A stretch of 64,000 nucleotides of DNA from Polyangiaceae bacterium. GTDB taxonomy: Bacteria; Myxococcota_A; Polyangia; Polyangiales; Polyangiaceae. The notes beneath the pieces were generated by a model that made no database searches, was not told the origin of the DNA, and saw only the letters and a list, made by a program, of their open reading frames with translations. Both the position numbers and the translations under genes were made by a program. The stretch lies in assembly GCA_965222375.1 (NCBI GenBank), contig CBDCTZ010000011.1:64001-128000 (forward strand). The letters are read 5' to 3'. Every line of letters starts with the position of its first letter. Within the stretch, counting starts at the first letter, position 1. Of the stretch, positions 1 through 8,746 are shown in pieces.

Positions 1-514
1 CACCGTCGAACTGCCAAGTGTCCTGGTGCTGAGCGTTCTTCTCCGCACGCATCCCGCCGAACAAGATGACCTTGTCGCCCAGCGTGGCCATGGCGTGCCC
101 GCCACGTGCACGCGGCCCTGCGGCGTTTACACGTGCCCAGTCCTTGCCGTCAAAGATCCAGGTGTCGTCGAAGGCGACGTCGTTGTCCGCGAAGCCGCCG
201 AACAGCACTACCTTGTCGCCAAGGGATGCCATGGCGTGCAGCATTCGACCCTCCGGCCCCTTGGCGTCCAGCCTGGTCCAGGCCTGCCCATCGAAGACCC
301 AGGTGTCCTGATCGTAGCCGTTTGGACCATCGCCTCCGAACAACACTGCCCGCCGTTGCGGGCATGTGGATACCGCGCAGCCAGGCACCCCCGGTGGCCG
401 AGAATCTGCACCTGCATCCTCGGTGGGGCCGCCAGCTTCAGAACTGCTCGACCCGCAACCGCAGGTCATCCCGCCTACCACGACCGCCAAGCCGAGAACT
501 CTTCGCATCTCCAT
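1..514 (-). CDS. Kelch-repeat lipoprotein, 5' part (runs off window edge)
   Basis: Manual translation from ATG 514: MEMRRVLGLAVVVGGMTCGCGSS (lipoprotein-like signal), then repeats VLFGG...DTWVFDGQAW, HAMASLGDKVVLFGG...DTWIFDGKDW, HAMATLGDKVILFGG. Not in the ORF track because no stop lies inside the window. Confidence 0.85.
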   Translation of the reverse strand, partial: MEMRRVLGLAVVVGGMTCGCGSSSSEAGGPTEDAGADSRPPGVPGCAVSTCPQRRAVLFGGDGPNGYDQDTWVFDGQAWTRLDAKGPEGRMLHAMASLGDKVVLFGGFADNDVAFDDTWIFDGKDWARVNAAGPRARGGHAMATLGDKVILFGGMRAEKNAQHQDTWQFDG

Positions 515-837
515 GGTGTGTTGTACGGGGGGGGCGGGTTCGGCTCCCTTCGGGTTTGGGAACTCGGGCTTTTGGCTGAAGTACCGTGCATTTCGTTAGG
601 TGGTTTCCGAACACGGCTCGTCCGCCTCGGGTTTCGTCTGAACCGGATTGTGCATTCTCACCTTGGCCAACCAGGGTCGCAGCACGCGCCATGGTGCAGA
701 ATCTCAAGGAGTCCTGATTCCTCGACCAGGCGCAGCTCTTCGAGCCCGGTGGGGCAGTGCAAGACCGAGCTCGACGCCGCCGTCTCGTGCCTCACGTGAC
801 CCGAGAAGCCCCCACTCGTCCCCCCAGCGCCGCCCGC

Positions 838-1398
838 TCAAAGCAGCTGCAGCTTCCCTTGCGAAGATGCGTCCTGGGCACACGGCAGCACGAACCGGGT
901 TCCGGACTTGGAAGTGGCTCGGCTTCGAATGAACCGGTTCAGGCGCGATGACACTCGGCTCACGGCTTTCCAATCCCAGGCGTCGACGGGGCCTAGCCGG
1001 TCCAGGTAGGTTGGCTCCCACTTGAGTGCGCGCTTCTGCGAATTGTGGTTCGTGTGGGAGGCTCGAAGCTTCCCGTCACGCGGGGCTTCTAGGTACAGCT
1101 GAATCAAACCCCAGCCACCCGAGTCGACGCGAAACGTGGCGTCGGGTACCGCGCCAGGATTGAACGTGATGCGTTGGGGGATCACTGACCCGCCCATTTC
1201 CGGCGCATGCAGATTGAAGAGCGCGCTTTCTGACGAGACGTCATAGACTTGAAGCAGCTCGGCTTCCGTCGAGAATTGCCGTAGCTCGCAATCTGGCCGC
1301 GACGCGAGCTCCCAAAGCGACCACCCGGGCTGAGACAAGACGAACCGGACGACCTCCACGGCGTCGCCTCCGCAGGCGTAGAAGTCACAATTCGGCAT
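838..1398 (-). CDS. hypothetical protein (~186 aa)
   Basis: ORF 838..1635; protein-like composition begins at MPNCDFYA (ATG 1398). No family recognised. Confidence 0.6.
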   Translation of the reverse strand: MPNCDFYACGGDAVEVVRFVLSQPGWSLWELASRPDCELRQFSTEAELLQVYDVSSESALFNLHAPEMGGSVIPQRITFNPGAVPDATFRVDSGGWGLIQLYLEAPRDGKLRASHTNHNSQKRALKWEPTYLDRLGPVDAWDWKAVSRVSSRLNRFIRSRATSKSGTRFVLPCAQDASSQGKLQLL

Positions 1399-1699
1399 TG
1401 GCCCAAGCTTTGCGGAGCGTGCGGAGAAGTCCAGGAAAACCGTGATGGCGTTTGCGACAAGATCTTGGTGGCGACATGCGCGAACGACAGCACGAAAGAG
1501 GTCTGCGTCAATCAATGCGAAGAACTGAACATCTCGACGAAATGCGTGCGCGGCGTGCGTGAACACAAACGGTGCGGCTAGCTGTGCGCAGCCCAACGCC
1601 ATGCTGACCAAGCCCGCAAACGGTGAACTGCGCATGAGCGTGGAACGAAAACGCCGTGCCGGGGCTTCCCTCGAGCACGCGGTTTCGTCTGCGGTCAGT

Positions 1700-2212
1700 T
1701 CAGAGCTGAGTCGAAACTGTGCGCCCGCGCATCTGCAGCTCTAGGTCGACATCGTCGAATAGCCACTTGAAGCTGTCGAACACCTCGAAGGACTGCGCGG
1801 TGGTGCAGCAGCCGGTGATGGGCGGCCGAGAATCCACTTGGATCGTGAAGCTGCAGCGGAAGTTGGGGCGCCCGGCGCAGGCCGCGTACCCCGGGCGACG
1901 TGCCCGAGTCGAAGCGCGAATACCTCGATTCAAGTCGGCCCGAACCGCTCGCCACCAGCTCGTCGGGTAGATCAAGCTAGGTCGGCCGCTGGCGTGGAGC
2001 AGCACTCGGTCGTCGAGAACGTCGAGTTGCTTCGTCCGAGAATCGACGCCCCAACAGCTCCCAGTGCTGCGCGTGATTTCGATCCGTCGCGCAGCGTCCG
2101 GAACTGGCGGCGCGGCGCTCAACCACAAGTCCGGTTTCGGCTCCGGCCGACCACGAGACCCGCCGCACGACAGCGCCAAGCAAGCGATCGCCAGGGCAGC
2201 TACGCGCACCAT
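1700..2212 (-). CDS. hypothetical lipoprotein
   Basis: MVRVAALAIACLALSC lipobox-like N-terminus within ORF 1700..2287. Confidence 0.6.
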   Translation of the reverse strand: MVRVAALAIACLALSCGGSRGRPEPKPDLWLSAAPPVPDAARRIEITRSTGSCWGVDSRTKQLDVLDDRVLLHASGRPSLIYPTSWWRAVRADLNRGIRASTRARRPGYAACAGRPNFRCSFTIQVDSRPPITGCCTTAQSFEVFDSFKWLFDDVDLELQMRGRTVSTQL

Positions 2213-2374
2213 GGGTTCGAACATCTCGCCTATGTGTTGCCCCCGGGGCCTTCCGCATTCGCGCCGCAGCACGACGCACCACCGCATTCGCGCTGTCGCG
2301 GCCCAGCTCTAGATTAGTGGTCCAGCGTGCTCGAGGGCACGCGACCCCCAAACCCCAACAAAGTCAGTCGCGGC

Positions 2375-3373
2375 CTACTGCCGAACCATGGCGGCGTTGG
2401 TGCCCATCTCTTCGGCATCGACGTTGCCGGACTTGAGATCGAGCGACGAACCCTCGGGGGGATCGAAGGGTGCGCGGCCGACTTGCACGGTGCCGAGGCT
2501 CGGGATGATCCAGGCCAGGGCGTATTGGCGGAACCAGTACCACCACACGCTGCTTTCGATGAGGCGCGAGTCGATCTCGGGCGCCATCTTTTCGTGCAGC
2601 TCCTTGAGCTTGGTCCAGTGCACTCCGGGGTACTCGTGATGAGCAGCGTGGTAGCCGTTGTTGAACAGCAGGAAGTTCAAAGTGGGGCTGCTGAAGCTGC
2701 GGGAGTGATTGTGCTCGGACCACGGGTCCGTGTTCACGTGCTGCTCGTAGTTGAAGAGCATGATCGTCCACAACGCGAACAGCGCGGGAATGAGGCAGCA
2801 AAGCGCCCAGGTCTGGAAACCCAGCTTGAAGCCGTTGAGGGCGATTGAGGTGCCGAGCAGTGCAGCGTGCGCGCCGATCCAGCCGAAGTACTGGGTCATG
2901 ATGCGGCGATAGAGCTTGCGATTCTTCTCGCGCGCCTTGTCGATGAACTCCTTGGTCGGACCCGACTGATAGTAGCCGCTGACGAAGGGATAGATGAGAG
3001 CGACCCAGAAGGTGTGCTTCTTGGAGTAGCGCCAGGTGATGGTCGCGTCGCCGGCCTTGTTCACGTACTTGTGGTGGTTCAAGTTGTGAGTGGGGATCCA
3101 GGCGAAGGTCGGGTAGCCGTAGAAGACGGAGAGGATGATGCCGAAGGTCTCGTTGGCCGACTTGCCCTTGAAGGTGGGGCAGTGGTTGTGGTTGTGGGCC
3201 ATGACGCCGCAGGCCAGCGCGAAGTAGCAGGACAGCCAGAACAGATAAGGCGCCAGCTCCGGGCGGGCGATCTGCAGCCCGACGAGCGCAGCCGCGATGG
3301 CGACCCAAAGTAATGAGCGAAAGTCAGCAGCAAAACGCAAGCCCATGGCTCCTCCGGGCACGAGAGCTGCCAT
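2375..3373 (-). CDS. membrane fatty acid desaturase family protein
   Basis: Three His boxes HNHNH, HNLNHH, HAAHH (plus EQH) with intervening hydrophobic segments. Confidence 0.9.
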   Translation of the reverse strand: MAALVPGGAMGLRFAADFRSLLWVAIAAALVGLQIARPELAPYLFWLSCYFALACGVMAHNHNHCPTFKGKSANETFGIILSVFYGYPTFAWIPTHNLNHHKYVNKAGDATITWRYSKKHTFWVALIYPFVSGYYQSGPTKEFIDKAREKNRKLYRRIMTQYFGWIGAHAALLGTSIALNGFKLGFQTWALCCLIPALFALWTIMLFNYEQHVNTDPWSEHNHSRSFSSPTLNFLLFNNGYHAAHHEYPGVHWTKLKELHEKMAPEIDSRLIESSVWWYWFRQYALAWIIPSLGTVQVGRAPFDPPEGSSLDLKSGNVDAEEMGTNAAMVRQ

Positions 3374-3665
3374 GAAATCGGGTCCGGGTCACGTTGCTTG
3401 TCGAAAAATGACAGCGAATTCGCGGGCCTAGGCGCGAAACTTCTTTTGCACCGGGCGGCGCGGCACCAACGCGCGATCTGAATACGTGAAGTATTTCCGG
3501 CGCTTATACTCGCCGCGCTGCAGCCCGCACTCTCGGCGGACCAACGCGCAACCTGACGCAATGTCGAGGGGATCGCGCAACGGTTGAGCAGGACATGGAC
3601 CGCTTCGCTGTCCTCCGCGGCGAGTTGCGCGTCCCGGCAACGCGCTGGCGAGCTATGGTTCGAGC

Positions 3666-4202
3666 ATGCTGAGAAGCTTCATGACTAGTGTCGTAGTCGC
3701 AGCGGCCGCGGTCGCCTGTGGCAGCAGCAGCGACGGCGATGGCGATACACGCGGTGGCGAAGGAGCGACTTGTGTGGATGGCACCAACTGCCGCTCTGGG
3801 CTCGCGTGCTTCGTGCAGGCAGCCGATTCTGTCGAGGGCGAGTGCAGGTCGTTGCCTGGTGCATGTGGCGGAAAGGCTGACTGCGGCTGTCTGAAAGACT
3901 TCGAAGCAAACTGCACGACTTCTGGGTCGAGATGTCGCGGAATACTGGGTGATTACACGATTGCCTGTGGTCAAGATGGCAATTTCGCTGGGAAGGGCGA
4001 GGCCTGCTCCGGCGTCCGACTCTGTGATCCGGGCCTCTTCTGCATGGTCGCTTCTTCCGGCACCGCGGGGACCTGCATGGACCTCCCCGCCAGCTGCGGG
4101 ACCAAGGTGTCTTGCAGTTGTTTCGACGAGGTCCGTGCAAAATGCTCGAGCAGCTCGGGGTGCACGGTGCTCTTGGATCAAGCCGTCATCACCTGCGACT
4201 GA
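3666..4202 (+). CDS. Cys-rich lipoprotein with two-fold internal repeat
   Basis: Lipobox AAVAC; repeated module C..GL.C......G.C..LP..CG....C.C appears twice. Confidence 0.8.
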   Translation: MLRSFMTSVVVAAAAVACGSSSDGDGDTRGGEGATCVDGTNCRSGLACFVQAADSVEGECRSLPGACGGKADCGCLKDFEANCTTSGSRCRGILGDYTIACGQDGNFAGKGEACSGVRLCDPGLFCMVASSGTAGTCMDLPASCGTKVSCSCFDEVRAKCSSSSGCTVLLDQAVITCD

Positions 4203-4216
4203 CGCGGCGACGGACG

Positions 4217-5263
4217 TCAGCGTTCGCCTTCGAGCAATACGCCCTGATTGTCATATACGCCGCCAGCGACGACCTCGCCGCGCGCACCGTTGATGGGCTT
4301 TTCGTGCCACCACTGAAACTGCTGTCGACCGTGGTGAAAGGAGGCAACTCGGAGACGCGTGTCGGTGACGCGCACGACGGCAAAGCTATGGCGGCGATGC
4401 TTGGCGGCGCCAACGTTGTAGACGTCGTAGCCGTTGTGCCGATAGCGCCCGGAGGCGTGATAGTGACCGTGGAAGAAGGCGATCACGTTGTAGTCCTTGA
4501 TGGCGTCGAACAAACGCTCCTTGTGATTGTCGCGAGCGAACCAGTTGTCGCTGTAGGGCCCTCGAAAGGGAAAGTGCATGTAGATGACGATGGGACGTTC
4601 TTTGCCGACCTTGCTCAGGTCTTTGTTCAAGAAGGCAATGGCGCGCTTGTCCGGTGCCTCTCCGAGGCAGACGAGGTGCAGGTCGTCCCAGTCGAAGGAG
4701 TAGTAGGTGTCGCCGTGGCGCTCGCGAATGCGTTCGAGCACGTGCCAACCCTCGGCCTTGTCGTGATTGCCGTGGCCCTCGAACACGGGGTAGTTCAACA
4801 GGCCGTCGCCACCGTTGAGACCGTAGAAGAGGACGAAGTGCCGCCACTGCCACGGGTTGCCGCGCTCGGTGAGATCACCGGAAACGAGTACGCCGCGGGG
4901 GCGAGCAATGCGGCCGCCGAAGACCGAGGGCCATGGACGTCCGGGCATGGCATTCATGGCCTTGATCGACTGGTGGTTGATCACTTCGACGCCGCGAGGG
5001 TCGTTGACGGGGTCGTGTAGCTTGCCGCGCAGAGTGTGTTCGTCGGATTCGAAGCCGAGGTGAGTGTCGGAAGCGGCAATGAAGGTGACGTCGAGCCCGC
5101 CGAGCCGCTTGGCGCGGCGCGGTTCGGGCAGCAGCTGCGCAGAGCTTTTGCCCAGCATCGGCGGCGGTGGACTCGGCACGGCGTGCCGGTTGCGCCAAAA
5201 CCACAGCGCGGCGCCGAGGCCAAGAGCCGCGAGAGCGACCAGACTCCACTTCCGACGGGTCAT
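4217..5263 (-). CDS. membrane-anchored metallophosphoesterase (calcineurin-like)
   Basis: Motifs SDTH, SGDLT, GNHD, MHF, GHYH; N-terminal TM segment. Confidence 0.88.
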   Translation of the reverse strand: MTRRKWSLVALAALGLGAALWFWRNRHAVPSPPPPMLGKSSAQLLPEPRRAKRLGGLDVTFIAASDTHLGFESDEHTLRGKLHDPVNDPRGVEVINHQSIKAMNAMPGRPWPSVFGGRIARPRGVLVSGDLTERGNPWQWRHFVLFYGLNGGDGLLNYPVFEGHGNHDKAEGWHVLERIRERHGDTYYSFDWDDLHLVCLGEAPDKRAIAFLNKDLSKVGKERPIVIYMHFPFRGPYSDNWFARDNHKERLFDAIKDYNVIAFFHGHYHASGRYRHNGYDVYNVGAAKHRRHSFAVVRVTDTRLRVASFHHGRQQFQWWHEKPINGARGEVVAGGVYDNQGVLLEGER

Positions 5264-5428
5264 GGCAAATTGCCACGGCACGACTTCCAGAAAACCATGA
5301 GGATCGAACTATCGCCAATCGAAAGGATGGAGTCGACTTGGGGTCGTCGAGGCGCAAGCCGCTAGCGGAAGGGGTCGGGCTGGAATTGCTCTAGGTCGAG
5401 GTAGCCAGTCGTTGTTTTGTTGGGGTCG

Positions 5429-7399
5429 GTGCGCCAGGCAAAGCCTGGATGAGGAGGAGGTCAACTAGAGGAAAGTGAAAGAAACCTCATGCTGGGACCT
5501 TGCGGGTGACAAATCCCGCCCGGCCAAGGTGGACCACCAGCCGGAAGCGAGTCTTGCGTGGCCGTACGACCGCGAAAGCGGGAAGGAAAGCTGCGAAGCG
5601 TAGACAGCCAGCGTGTGGGCCGTGTGATTGAGCCCCGAAAGAAAATGCCTGTGGGTGCCGACGCCGTCGACCCAGAGCGGAAGGCAACATCGCTGCAGAA
5701 GAGAGTAGGGCGGTCAGCCCGAATGGTCCGATTGAATGCAGCGGACCCACCGGGGTCGATGAGCAAGGCACGCGCGCCAAGGTCCCCCAGGAACCTGGGA
5801 AATCCCGTCGTCTCCTTTCGCAAGGAAGGTACTGCCGATCGAAGGAATACGAAGTGACGCAGGACGGGCGGCGAGAAGGCCGAGCACTCCATAGTAGCCG
5901 TTGAAGCAGGGGAAGCGTCCAAGCGACCCTGTGGAGGGAAGGGAGTGCCGCACAACGGAACTGTTGGAGAGAAAGATGCCGGAGAAACCAAGCTCTATAA
6001 GTGTCTCAACGAAACTCAAACGGATAGCAGAGCTGGCGAAGCAAATGCCCGGGGTAGCGTTAACGTCGCTGTCCCATCACATCGATATCGAATGGTTGCG
6101 CGAAGCGCATAAACGCACGCGCAAGGGTGGCGCCCAGGGCGTCGACGGACAGACCGCGGCAGAGTATGCGGAAAACCTGGAGGAAAACCTCCAGTCGCTG
6201 CTCGACCGAGCGAAGTCCGGGACGTACCGAGCACCACCTGTGCGGCGAGTCCAAATTCCGAAGGCGGACGGAAAGCAGATGCGAGCCATCGGCATTCCGA
6301 CGTTTGAGGACAAGGTCTTGCAGCGGGCCATCGCAATGGTCTTGGAAGCGGTCTACGAGCAAGAATTCCTCGATTGCTCGTACGGCTTCCGGCCGGGACG
6401 GTCAGCACATGATGCGCTGGCCGTTGTGCAGCACGAGACGGTGAAGATGGGTGGTGGCTGGGTTTTGGAGGTCGACATTCGCAAGTTTTTCGACAGCCTG
6501 GACCGCGCCAAACTTCGGGAGGTGCTCCACCAGCGGGTGCGTGACGGAGTCGTGCTCCGATTGATAGGGAAGTGGCTGAAGGCAGGTGTGCAGGAGGATG
6601 GGTCGCTCAGCTATCCAGAAACCGGCACGCCACAAGGTGGTGTGATCTCACCAATGCTAGCGAACATCTTCTTACACGAGGTGCTCGACACCTGGTTTGA
6701 GCGTGACGTGAAACCACGACTGAAAGGTCGTGCGATTCTCGTCCGCTACGCCGACGACGTCGCCATGATGTTTTCGTGCGAAGAAGATGCGCGCCGCGTC
6801 ATGGCAGTACTGCCGAAGCGATTCGAAAAGTACGGTTTGACGTTGCATCCAGACAAGACGAGACTGGTTGAATTCCGCCGCCCGGACCGACGCCCACCTG
6901 ATGAAGGTGACGGACGTCCAGGCAGTTTCGAACTACTCGGCTTCACGCACTTCTGGGCAAAATCCCGGAAGGGCAACTGGGTGGTGAAGCAGAAGACCGC
7001 CAAGGACCGCTTGAGCCGTGCGTTAGCGCGCATCAACAAATGGTGCCAACGCTGCCGACACGACCCAATTCAAGAGCAGCGCGAGATGCTGAACAAGAAG
7101 TTGAAAGGTCACTTCGATTACTACGGAATCACCGGAAACTCGAAAGCGATTGGACACTTCCGGCATTGGACCGTCCGTCTGTGGCGCAAATGGCTCGACC
7201 GCCGCTCCTGGCGATCGCGCATGAACTGGTCGAAGATGAAATGCTTGCTGCAGCGATACCCGCTCCGGTCAGCGCGGATTCGACGACCAGTGCGCAGACT
7301 AAGCGTAGCGAATCCGTAGTGTGAGGAGCCGGATGCGGTAGTCCCGCACGTCCGGATCCGTGGGAGGCCTGGAAGGGAAACCGACCAGGCCCACCCGAG
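5429..7399 (+). mobile_element. group II intron, copy 1 (IIB-like, En-minus IEP)
   Basis: 5' GTGCG at 5429; domain III (GCACTCC...GGAGTGC); RT ORF; domain V GAGCCGGATGCGGTAGTCCCGCACGTCCGGATC with AGC triad; domain VI with bulged A7393. Similarity to copy 2 ends at CCCACCCGAG. Confidence 0.93.
5976..7319 (+). CDS. ltrA: group II intron reverse transcriptase/maturase
   Basis: RT motifs [41 protein letters not shown], then thumb/X domain; no HNH endonuclease domain. ATG 5976 follows GGAGAGAAAG. Confidence 0.95.
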   Translation: MPEKPSSISVSTKLKRIAELAKQMPGVALTSLSHHIDIEWLREAHKRTRKGGAQGVDGQTAAEYAENLEENLQSLLDRAKSGTYRAPPVRRVQIPKADGKQMRAIGIPTFEDKVLQRAIAMVLEAVYEQEFLDCSYGFRPGRSAHDALAVVQHETVKMGGGWVLEVDIRKFFDSLDRAKLREVLHQRVRDGVVLRLIGKWLKAGVQEDGSLSYPETGTPQGGVISPMLANIFLHEVLDTWFERDVKPRLKGRAILVRYADDVAMMFSCEEDARRVMAVLPKRFEKYGLTLHPDKTRLVEFRRPDRRPPDEGDGRPGSFELLGFTHFWAKSRKGNWVVKQKTAKDRLSRALARINKWCQRCRHDPIQEQREMLNKKLKGHFDYYGITGNSKAIGHFRHWTVRLWRKWLDRRSWRSRMNWSKMKCLLQRYPLRSARIRRPVRRLSVANP

Positions 7400-7435
7400 C
7401 GGGGTTGGGGCAGCCAGGGGCCCTAATCTCGCGCT

Positions 7436-7516
7436 TCCGCGCGCGAGGGCGCCGTTCCGTGCTGCTGGCGCTGAGCACCTTGTTCACGCTCGCACCTCCG
7501 CGCGCGAGGGCGCCGT
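7436..7516. repeat. two identical 20-bp direct repeats (TCCGCGCGCGAGGGCGCCGT)
   Basis: Copies at 7436-7455 and 7497-7516, intergenic, just 3' of intron 1. Confidence 0.85.
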
Positions 7517-7542
7517 CGTGCTACGGGCCCACTGAGGCGTGC

Positions 7543-8223
7543 CTAGATCCAGTCAAATGCGTTGGTGACCGCAAGCTTGGCGCCAGAGTCGACGACGCTG
7601 CCGTGGGCCATGATGGCGCGATCGAATTGCCAATCAAGCATGATGTCGACAGAAGTCTTGAGCTTGCCGCGATCCCTCATGAGCAGGTACTTGAAACTGC
7701 GAGGCGCGGCGAGCTGGTCGTAAGCGCCGTCGAGCTTGAGCATCCAGCGTGTGGGCGCGTGGTCTTCGACGCGGCCCATGTTGAAGAAGAGGTCCGTCGC
7801 GATGAGCGTTTGACTTCCGCGATGGCAGAACAGGAGCTCGTTCATTATGGGTGCTCCACCAACCAGGGTGCAATCGAACTCGGACGCCCACTCGCTTATC
7901 CCCGTCGACAGCTCGCTGGTGAACGAAACGTCGGGTCGCTTGGTTTGCAGACCCGGGCAGCAGAATGTTTCGGCTTGCGGGTACGCGGCGACGAAGCTCA
8001 AGACGTACAGGTGATGGAATCGATTGGGTGCGACGATCCAGCGCACGTTGCCCAAGGCGTCGAGCTCTTGCTTCAGGGTATCGTCGAGCTCCACGGGTGA
8101 ATGCACCCACAAGGCGTCATCGATGCGAACGACCGTCATGCGCGTTCCCATCTCGAAGCCGAAGAATCGCAGCGGGCGTTCCGTGCGCCAGATGTTGTCT
8201 GCCACCTTGGATAGCTGGGACAC
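7543..8223 (-). CDS. DUF4336-like (metallo-beta-lactamase-fold) protein
   Basis: MGTRMTVVRI, LWVHSP, IVAPNRFHHLY, TLIATDLFFN, IMAHG motifs typical of the family. Confidence 0.85.
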   Translation of the reverse strand: MSQLSKVADNIWRTERPLRFFGFEMGTRMTVVRIDDALWVHSPVELDDTLKQELDALGNVRWIVAPNRFHHLYVLSFVAAYPQAETFCCPGLQTKRPDVSFTSELSTGISEWASEFDCTLVGGAPIMNELLFCHRGSQTLIATDLFFNMGRVEDHAPTRWMLKLDGAYDQLAAPRSFKYLLMRDRGKLKTSVDIMLDWQFDRAIMAHGSVVDSGAKLAVTNAFDWI

Positions 8224-8280
8224 AGGCGGATGGTAGATCGCATACTTGATCTACATCAAGCTTGCCGGGGGCGGATGAGT

Positions 8281-8387
8281 TCGACATGATGAAGCTCGCA
8301 CCTGAGCTTGGCGTTCGTGCGCGCCGGCCCCAGGTCGATATGATGAAGCTCGCATCCGAGTTTGGCGTTCGTGCGCACTGGCCCTGA
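8281..8387. repeat. imperfect tandem duplication, 54-bp period
   Basis: TCGACATGATGAAGCTCGCACCTGAGCTTGGCGTTCGTGCGCGCCGGCCC vs TCGATATGATGAAGCTCGCATCCGAGTTTGGCGTTCGTGCGCACTGGCCC, between divergent genes. Confidence 0.85.
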
Positions 8388-8420
8388 TCGATCTAGCGTA
8401 GGGGGAAGGCGAGGTGAGGC

Positions 8421-8657
8421 ATGAGCGACCAACCTGAAAGCGATCCACACCCACACGTGAAATTGAAGCAGCTACGCTGCCGTCGCACCGGCCAGATGTA
8501 CACGGTGGAAAAGCACGTCGAGTGCCCGTATTGCTCTGGTGACGCTGAGACTATCAAGCGTGACGGTGACTACAAGAACTTCTGCGAGTTCAAAGCCGGC
8601 GAGGACGCGATCCACTTCGGCTTTCCGGAGGGTAGTTCTCGCAATCAAAAGGGCTGA
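8421..8657 (+). CDS. small putative Zn-binding protein
   Basis: 78 aa, RBS-like GAGGTGAGG upstream, Cys/His pattern C...H..CPYC...C. Confidence 0.75.
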   Translation: MSDQPESDPHPHVKLKQLRCRRTGQMYTVEKHVECPYCSGDAETIKRDGDYKNFCEFKAGEDAIHFGFPEGSSRNQKG

Positions 8658-8746
8658 CGCGCCGCTAGCCTGAGCGCTCAACCGTCATCCATCATCTTCG
8701 TTTAGCGCGAGGTGGATCGGGGTTGCCGTCTGTGTGCGGCTGCCGG

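Noticed and set aside
5405..5428. Class C intron inserted at a terminator or integron attC
   Set aside because: No convincing upstream stem-loop or attC boxes and no integrase; a 6-nt EBS1/IBS1 match explains targeting.
5976..7319. RT as retron, DGR or defence RT
   Set aside because: It is embedded in a full group II intron RNA (GTGCG start, domains III, V, VI); no msr/msd or TR/VR pair was seen.
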